This document shows, piece by piece, positions 25,737 through 32,000 of a DNA stretch of 32,000 bases (position 1 is its first letter; every line of letters starts with the position of its first letter). The stretch is taken from NCBI GenBank assembly GCA_003564925.1, contig PXDW01000025.1, forward strand, positions 1 through 32,000, written 5' to 3'. A program made the position numbers and the translations under genes. The notes beneath the pieces were generated by a model that saw only the letters and a program-made list of their open reading frames with translations, was not told the origin of the DNA and did no database searches. The stretch comes from Candidatus Woesearchaeota archaeon. Lineage in GTDB: Archaea > Nanobdellota > Nanobdellia > Woesearchaeales > PXDW01.

Positions 25737-25910
25737 TTATTTTATTCCAAAAATAATTGGCATTCCTGCTCTAACCTGTCTTTGATCTTTTTCTTCATTA
25801 TCGTCTATGGCAGATGCTGCTATTATAAAGCTAGATAAAAAGACACCTAACATACATATAACAGTAATTGCCTTTATAATACTTTTTGCCTTTATAATAC
25901 TTTTTTTCAT
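25737..25910 (-). CDS. 57-aa signal-anchor ORF, in frame with the downstream coiled-coil ORF; probable N-terminus of an interrupted gene
   Basis: MKKSIIKAKSIIKAITVICMLGVFLSSFIIAASA… is a basic N-region followed by a hydrophobic helix. It ends at TAA 25739-25737, in the same frame as 24519-25550. Confidence 0.4.
   Translation of the reverse strand: MKKSIIKAKSIIKAITVICMLGVFLSSFIIAASAIDDNEEKDQRQVRAGMPIIFGIK
25870..25905. repeat. Perfect 18-bp tandem duplication (GCCTTTATAATACTTTTT x2)
   Basis: 25870-25887 equals 25888-25905 exactly. It encodes the duplicated KSIIKA hexapeptide at the N-terminus of the signal-anchor ORF. Confidence 0.9.
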
Positions 25911-26149
25911 TTTACCACCTTTGTTATTTTAAATTTAATCTATTAGTTTGCTCATAATATTTTAATTTCATTTACTCCAATATATTTTTATTTTCCTATT
26001 TCTATTCTCATGCTAAAAAATAAAAAAATAAAATAAAACCTCTTTTTTTACTGTGGGTGGGCTGTTACAGAATGAGAAATCTGTCAGCTTTCTTTAAGTT
26101 GTAAAGTATATCTTATTTATAAATAAACTTTTTTTTATATCTAAAAAAA

Positions 26150-26179
26150 GCTTTACGATACTTTACAAAGCTTTAGAAT
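26150..26179. promoter_or_regulatory. Three 10-bp-phased direct repeats containing CTTTA (gCTTTAcgat / aCTTTAcaaa / gCTTTAgaat); candidate operator
   Basis: The repeats start at 26150, 26160 and 26170. The middle one is part of an 11-bp inverted repeat with 26099-26109. They lie 77-106 nt upstream of the wHTH regulator gene. Confidence 0.35.
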
Positions 26180-26255
26180 AATAAATATCTATAATTAAAA
26201 TCTTTATGGCATTTATAAGGAAAGATTTTTATATTCTTTAATAAGAAATTATATC

Positions 26256-26933
26256 ATGAAAGTATCAAGAATACTATTTTTTGCATTCTTTTTGCTATTT
26301 ATAATTCCAAATGCATTCTCAGCTGTTATTCATGGAACTGTATATAATTATGATTTAAGCGTATTAAAGGATGTTGTTGTTGAGGTTGATTCTGTTCCAA
26401 AGCAGATATATGTTGCAAAAGATGGTACATACTCTTTTACTTTAGGTATTGGAGAATATATCATAAAAGCAAAATACCAAGATAATTATAAAAGATATTC
26501 CTTTGAGCAGAGCATAATAATAAAAGATGAAGGAGATTATGTTTTTGATATAATTCTTTTCCCAGATGTAACCGATGAGATTATTATTAATGATGGAGAA
26601 GAAACTGAAGAGCTTAGTAAAAAAAATCTTATTATTGTATTGGCAGTAATGGCAATAATCCTTTTTTTATTGTTTATTTTTATGTTTTGGTTTTTCTTTA
26701 TTTTCTCAAAGTCAAAGAAAAAACCAGATATATTGGAAGAGGATATCTCAGATGATGTTTTAAAATTTATAAAAAAAGAAGGTGGAAGGACCACTCAAAA
26801 AGATATAAGAAAGAACTTTCCTTTTTCTGAAGCAAAGATAAGCTTGGTTATAACAGAACTGGAACATAAACAATTGATTAAGAAGATAAAGAAAGGCAGA
26901 AGCAATATAATTGTTTTGAACAGCAGTGTTTGA
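26256..26933 (+). CDS. Membrane-anchored transcriptional regulator: signal peptide, CarboxypepD_reg-like beta-sandwich, TM helix, and a cytoplasmic winged HTH (COG2512-like architecture)
   Basis: Signal sequence FFAFFLLFIIPNAFSA. IHGTVYNYDLSVLKDVVVEVDS…AKDGTYSFTLGIGEYIIKA matches the CarboxypepD_reg pattern. TM helix LIIVLAVMAIILFLLFIFMFWFFFIF. wHTH is VLKFIKKEGGRTTQKDIRKNFPFSEAKISLVITELEHKQLIKKIKKGRSNII. Confidence 0.7.
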   Translation: MKVSRILFFAFFLLFIIPNAFSAVIHGTVYNYDLSVLKDVVVEVDSVPKQIYVAKDGTYSFTLGIGEYIIKAKYQDNYKRYSFEQSIIIKDEGDYVFDIILFPDVTDEIIINDGEETEELSKKNLIIVLAVMAIILFLLFIFMFWFFFIFSKSKKKPDILEEDISDDVLKFIKKEGGRTTQKDIRKNFPFSEAKISLVITELEHKQLIKKIKKGRSNIIVLNSSV

Positions 26934-27008
26934 CACAACTTATTTCTTAAAAAACCATGTTAAACAAACCAAAAATATTATAAACCATTTATCTCTTTAA
27001 ATTATAAA

Positions 27009-27923
27009 ATGCCACTAGTAACATTATCTTATTTGTTAAAAAGAGCACAGAAAGGAAAGTATGCTGTTCCTGCATTTAACATAAATAATATGGAAATTCT
27101 GCAGGGAATAGTCTATGCCGCGGAAAAAGAAAAATCTCCTATTATTATAGGTGTTTCAGAGGGCGCTATAAAATATGCAGGCCTTGATTACCTAAAAGCT
27201 ATGGTTGATGTTGCTGCAAAATCCAAAGTAAAAATGGCTTTGCATCTCGACCATGGAAAAGACATTGAACTTATAAAAAAGTGCATAGATGCTGGATTTA
27301 CTTCCATAATGATTGACGCGTCATTTCATGATTTTAAAAAAAATACAGAAATAACCAAAAAAGTTGCTGCTATTTGCCATAAGAAAGGCATCTCTGTAGA
27401 AGCTGAGCTGGGCAAGCTACAAGGCGTAGAAGATAATGTTCATGTTGAAAAAGGAATATTTACAGATCCTGATGAAGCATCTTTATTTGTCAAAAAAACA
27501 GGAATAGACGCTTTGGCTGTGGCAATCGGAACATCTCACGGGGCTTACAAGTTTAAAGGTGAGTCTAATCTAAGATTTGATATATTGAGAAAAATAAGGG
27601 AAAAGGTAAATGTACCTTTAGTTTTGCATGGCTCTTCCCAAATTCCTATTGAATTGGTAAGGCAGGCAAATACATGCGGAGCTAAGATAAAGGGGGCAAA
27701 AGGAGTTCCCAATAATGATGTAAAAAAAGCAATCAAATTAGGAATTTGCAAAATAAATATTGATTCTGATCTTAGATTGGCATTTATAGCCGGAATGAGG
27801 CAGGCATTATGCAATGATCCAGATTGCATTGACCCTAGAAAAATACTTGGTTCGGGAAGGTCAGCAATAGAAAAAATAGCATCAGAAAAAATGAGATTCT
27901 TCGGCTGTAAAAATAAGAACTGA
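27009..27923 (+). CDS. fba: Class II (metal-dependent) fructose-1,6-bisphosphate aldolase
   Basis: YAVPAFNINNME, LHLDHG, MIDAS, AELG, GTSHGAYKF, LVLHGSS. Confidence 0.9.
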   Translation: MPLVTLSYLLKRAQKGKYAVPAFNINNMEILQGIVYAAEKEKSPIIIGVSEGAIKYAGLDYLKAMVDVAAKSKVKMALHLDHGKDIELIKKCIDAGFTSIMIDASFHDFKKNTEITKKVAAICHKKGISVEAELGKLQGVEDNVHVEKGIFTDPDEASLFVKKTGIDALAVAIGTSHGAYKFKGESNLRFDILRKIREKVNVPLVLHGSSQIPIELVRQANTCGAKIKGAKGVPNNDVKKAIKLGICKINIDSDLRLAFIAGMRQALCNDPDCIDPRKILGSGRSAIEKIASEKMRFFGCKNKN

Positions 27924-27964
27924 TTGCATAAATCATTATAAAATTCTAACAATAAATTTTATAA

Positions 27965-29034
<1,070 letters not shown>

Positions 29035-29035
<1 letters not shown>

Positions 29036-30150
29036 TGAAAGTCTCTATTGCCAAGTGCGACTCTTATGAAAAAGAAGAAGTCTATAAAGCTGTAAAAAAA
29101 TCAATTGACTTGATTGGTGGGATAGAAAAATTTGTTAAAAAAGGGCAAAAAGTTCTAATAAAGCCAAATCTTTTAAGGGCTTCTAAATCAGATAAGAGGA
29201 TCACTACAGATCCGGCTGTTCTTGATGCTGTAATAAGGCTTGTAAAGCCAATAACTAATAAAATTTGTGTTGGGGATAGCCCAGCTATACAATCAACTTC
29301 TTTTACCATGAATGTTGCCGGATTAAAAGAAATATGCGATAAGCATAAAGTCCATATTGTTGAATTTTGCAGCTGCAAAGATTATAAATTTAAATCAGGA
29401 AAAAAATTAAAAGGTTTTCAATTAGAAAAAGAAGTTATGGAATCTGATGTTATAATAAACCTTCCAAAATTTAAGACCCATGTATTTATGACTTATACAG
29501 GTGCTGTAAAAAACCTATATGGATGTATAACTGGAGTAACAAAAGCAGCCCTTCATTTCACATTTCCAAAAAGGGAAGACTTTGCCATGATGCTTCTTGA
29601 CTTGTATGAATTCACAAAGCCTAAAGTAAAGCTTAACATAATTGATGCTGTAATTGGTATGGAAGGTAACGGACCATCAAATGGAATTCCCAGAAAACTT
29701 GGGTTTATATCTGCTTCAGAGGACGCCTTAGTTCTAGATAAAATTATGTGCGACATAGCAAAAATACGAAGCAATGATGTTCCCATTCTGAAGCTCAATA
29801 GGAACAAGCTTAACAAAACAAAAATGCATGTTTTAGGGGATAAAATAAACATTGAAAAAATTATTTATCCGAAAACAAAAAGTTTTTTTGACTCAGCCCC
29901 TTTGTTTTTTTCAAGGTTCATAAGGAACAATATAAGATCAAAGCCAAAAGTAAATGTTCAAAGGTGCATAGCATGCAGAGATTGTGTTAAGATATGCCCT
30001 GCCAAAACCATAAAAATAATAAATAGGAAAGCATTTATCTATATAAGGAAATGCATAAGGTGTTATTGCTGCCATGAGGTCTGTCCTCATAATGCGATAA
30101 TATTAAAAAAGCCAATGCTGGCAAAAGCCTATAGCGTATTTAAAAAATGA
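29035..30150 (+). CDS. DUF362-family protein with a C-terminal 2x[4Fe-4S] ferredoxin domain
   Basis: DUF362-like N-terminus (VSIAKCDSYEKEEVYKAVKKSIDLIGG…GQKVLIKPNLL, KTH, GMEGNGP). C-terminal CIACRDCVKICP and CIRCYCCHEVCP. It overlaps gap by 1 nt (TAATG) and pgk by 4 nt (ATGA). Confidence 0.7.
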
Positions 30151-31277
30151 AATCTATAAGAGATTTTAATTTAGAAGGCAAAAGAGTACTTATAAGGGTA
30201 GATTTCAATGTTCCTTTAGATAATCATGGCCATGTAAAAGATGACACAAAAATAAGGAAGTGCGTCCCTACAATAGAATATGTTATTGAAAATGGTGGAA
30301 AGGCTATTTTAATGTCACATCTCGGAAGGCCTAAAGGAAAGGTTGTTCCTGAAATGAATATGGATCCTGTTGCCCATAATTTATCAAGAATACTTGGGGA
30401 GAATATTTTAAAGCTAAATGAAAGCGTAGATGTTTTTGTACCATCCGGAAAAGTTGTTTTACTCGAGAATTTAAGGTTCCATAAGGAAGAAGAGCAAAAC
30501 AATAAGGAATTTGCCAGAAAATTGTCTTTGTTGGGCGATATCTATGTAAATGACGCTTTTGGTGTCAGTCATAGGGCACATGCTTCTGTTCATGCAATTA
30601 CAGAATTTTTGCCTTCATGCAGCGGTTTATTATTAGAGAAGGAAATACAGATGCTTTCCCTTAAAAAAATAGAAAAGCCTTTTGTAGCCATTTTAGGCGG
30701 CGCAAAGATTTCAACAAAAATAGGGGTTATAGAAAATCTGCTTAAAAAGGTTGATTATTTATTATTGGGCGGCGCAATGGTTTTCACTTTCTTTAAAGCT
30801 AAGGGATTGGAGATAGGAAATTCATTATATGAAAAATCTGAACTGGCAGTTGCAAAGAGATTGTTGAAAAATAAGAAGATTATTTTGCCAAAAGATATTG
30901 TTGTAGCAACTGAAATTAAAGAAAATTCTAAAACAAAAATTGTTCCATATAATAAAATACCGAAAAGTTGGATCGGTCTGGATTTAGGACCAAAATCAAT
31001 AGACCAATTCAATGAAAAAATAAACAAAGCAAAAACCATATTTTGGAACGGCTCCTTAGGTTATATAGAAATTGAGGAATTTGCAAAAGCTTCTGATGAG
31101 ATAGGAAACATAATTGCAAATGCCAAAGCAGTAAAAATTGCAGGAGGAGGAGATACTTTCATTACTATTAATAAATTAAACCTTGAAAAAAAATTTACTT
31201 TTGTTTCTACCGGTGGAGGAGCCTCTTTAGAATTTATAGAAGGAAAAAAATTGCCTGGAATAGAAGTTCTTAAATGA
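30147..31277 (+). CDS. pgk: Phosphoglycerate kinase
   Basis: RVDFNVP, ILMSHLGRPKG, NDAFGVSHRAHAS, LGGAKISTKIGV, GGGDT, STGGGASLEF. Confidence 0.92.
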   Translation: MKSIRDFNLEGKRVLIRVDFNVPLDNHGHVKDDTKIRKCVPTIEYVIENGGKAILMSHLGRPKGKVVPEMNMDPVAHNLSRILGENILKLNESVDVFVPSGKVVLLENLRFHKEEEQNNKEFARKLSLLGDIYVNDAFGVSHRAHASVHAITEFLPSCSGLLLEKEIQMLSLKKIEKPFVAILGGAKISTKIGVIENLLKKVDYLLLGGAMVFTFFKAKGLEIGNSLYEKSELAVAKRLLKNKKIILPKDIVVATEIKENSKTKIVPYNKIPKSWIGLDLGPKSIDQFNEKINKAKTIFWNGSLGYIEIEEFAKASDEIGNIIANAKAVKIAGGGDTFITINKLNLEKKFTFVSTGGGASLEFIEGKKLPGIEVLK

Positions 31278-31281
31278 CTAT

Positions 31282-31305
31282 AAATGCAATATCAAATGCA
31301 ATATC
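31282..31305. repeat. 12-bp perfect tandem repeat (AAATGCAATATC x2) just downstream of pgk
   Basis: 31282-31293 equals 31294-31305. Confidence 0.85.
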
Positions 31306-31428
31306 TATACAATTAATTGTTCTTATTATAGTTCCCACAATCTCTTGCCCATATTTTTATTTATCAGAGGGTTTCAGCAGAGCCAACCAAGAGAAATATT
31401 TTTATATTATCACTACTTTCGAATAGAA

Positions 31429-32000
31429 ATGATTGCGGACAACTATCATAAAATAGACAAAGCTCTTCATAGATCATTCTCTGCAGTAAAAAAGGACATC
31501 GAAATGCTAAGACAACAAAATACTACTATCATTAAAGAAAATAACAGACAACAGAAAAAGATAACTTTTCTTTCAAAAGAGAATAGGAGATTATCTAAAA
31601 AAATTAATGCTTTGTCAAAAAAAGCTGTGCTTGCAGAAGAGAATGAAATTCTTGAAAGAAAAATATATGAATTGGAAGAGGATTTATTTCATGTTTATAA
31701 CAGCAAACTGGATAAAAATAAATTTGAATCTTCAATCAGGGCAATAAAAAAAAATTTAAAAACAAGTGAGAAATCAAACAAAAGCCTGAATGAAAAATTT
31801 AAAGACTTGGAAAAAGATCTGGAAATGTTTTTTGAAGATTTAGAATATCTAAGCGAAAAGATTGAATCACTTGAAAAATCTTTTTCTCAATTAAAAAAAA
31901 TAAAAAAAGACACCAAAGAATTGGAAGTTTCTTTATCTATGTTGAAAAAAGACACTAACTCTTTTATCAAAAAAGAAAGCCTTTCTAGGCAATTCAAAGA
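31429..32000 (+). CDS. 5' part of a coiled-coil protein gene running off the right edge
   Basis: ATG at 31429, then 190 stop-free codons to the window end. I verified this by manual translation, since the ORF is absent from the track (no stop in the window). K/E/L-rich heptad-like sequence (…LRQQNTTIIKENNRQQKKITFLSKENRRLSKKINALSKK…). Confidence 0.5.
   Translation, partial: MIADNYHKIDKALHRSFSAVKKDIEMLRQQNTTIIKENNRQQKKITFLSKENRRLSKKINALSKKAVLAEENEILERKIYELEEDLFHVYNSKLDKNKFESSIRAIKKNLKTSEKSNKSLNEKFKDLEKDLEMFFEDLEYLSEKIESLEKSFSQLKKIKKDTKELEVSLSMLKKDTNSFIKKESLSRQFK

Noticed and set aside
25390-25785. 131-aa plus-strand ORF spanning the region of the in-frame stop
   Set aside because: Ser/Ile/Phe-rich low-complexity translation. 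The minus-strand reading gives a coherent signal anchor, linker and coiled-coil protein instead.
27545-27952. 135-aa minus-strand ORF within fba
   Set aside because: Antisense to a class II aldolase with complete catalytic motifs, so a spurious shadow ORF.

Overview
AT-rich, gene-dense window with about 36 supported protein-coding genes. I saw no rRNA, tRNA, CRISPR array or recognisable transposase or integrase. The gene content suggests a small-genome anaerobic fermenter. Several markers look archaeal: an MCM-family ATPase, a HerA-like ATPase, a four-subunit 2-oxoacid:ferredoxin oxidoreductase, split ADP-forming acetyl-CoA synthetase, a membrane-anchored wHTH regulator, and TATA-like boxes about 25 nt upstream of some start codons. 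These are mixed with bacterial-type genes: class II FBP aldolase, type I GAPDH, PGK, SemiSWEET and a trimeric HydABC [FeFe] hydrogenase. That mixture fits a DPANN-like archaeon, but taxonomy cannot be settled without a database search.

Layout:
- 1-4.7 kb: accessory-looking islet with a HerA-like ATPase, a tiny basic tandem-repeat protein, an enlarged HTH plus PIN-like pair, and a divergently transcribed mini-MCM.
- 4.7-9.3 kb: group-3b (sulfhydrogenase)-type [NiFe] hydrogenase operon in the order hypA-like, protease-like, beta, gamma, fused delta-alpha.
- 10-15.3 kb: acetyl-CoA synthetase (ADP-forming) beta and alpha subunits, convergent with porGDAB.
- 15.4-20.5 kb: SemiSWEET, an unknown membrane protein, and hydCBA.
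- 20.6-24.3 kb: MscS channel and PEP synthase.
- 24.3-26.9 kb: secreted acidic proteins and a membrane-anchored regulator.
- 27-31.3 kb: fba, then gap, a DUF362/ferredoxin gene and pgk, the last three translationally coupled.
- 31.4 kb to the end: partial coiled-coil gene.

The observation I rate most interesting concerns the [NiFe] module. The small and large subunits are fused into one ORF. The large-subunit part lacks the C-terminal DPCxxCxxH motif and one canonical N-terminal cysteine. The adjacent HypA-like and protease-like genes also lack their canonical metal-binding histidines. This suggests a repurposed or decaying hydrogenase-like redox module sitting beside an intact [FeFe] hydrogenase.

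All homology calls come from motif recognition by eye. No searches were run.
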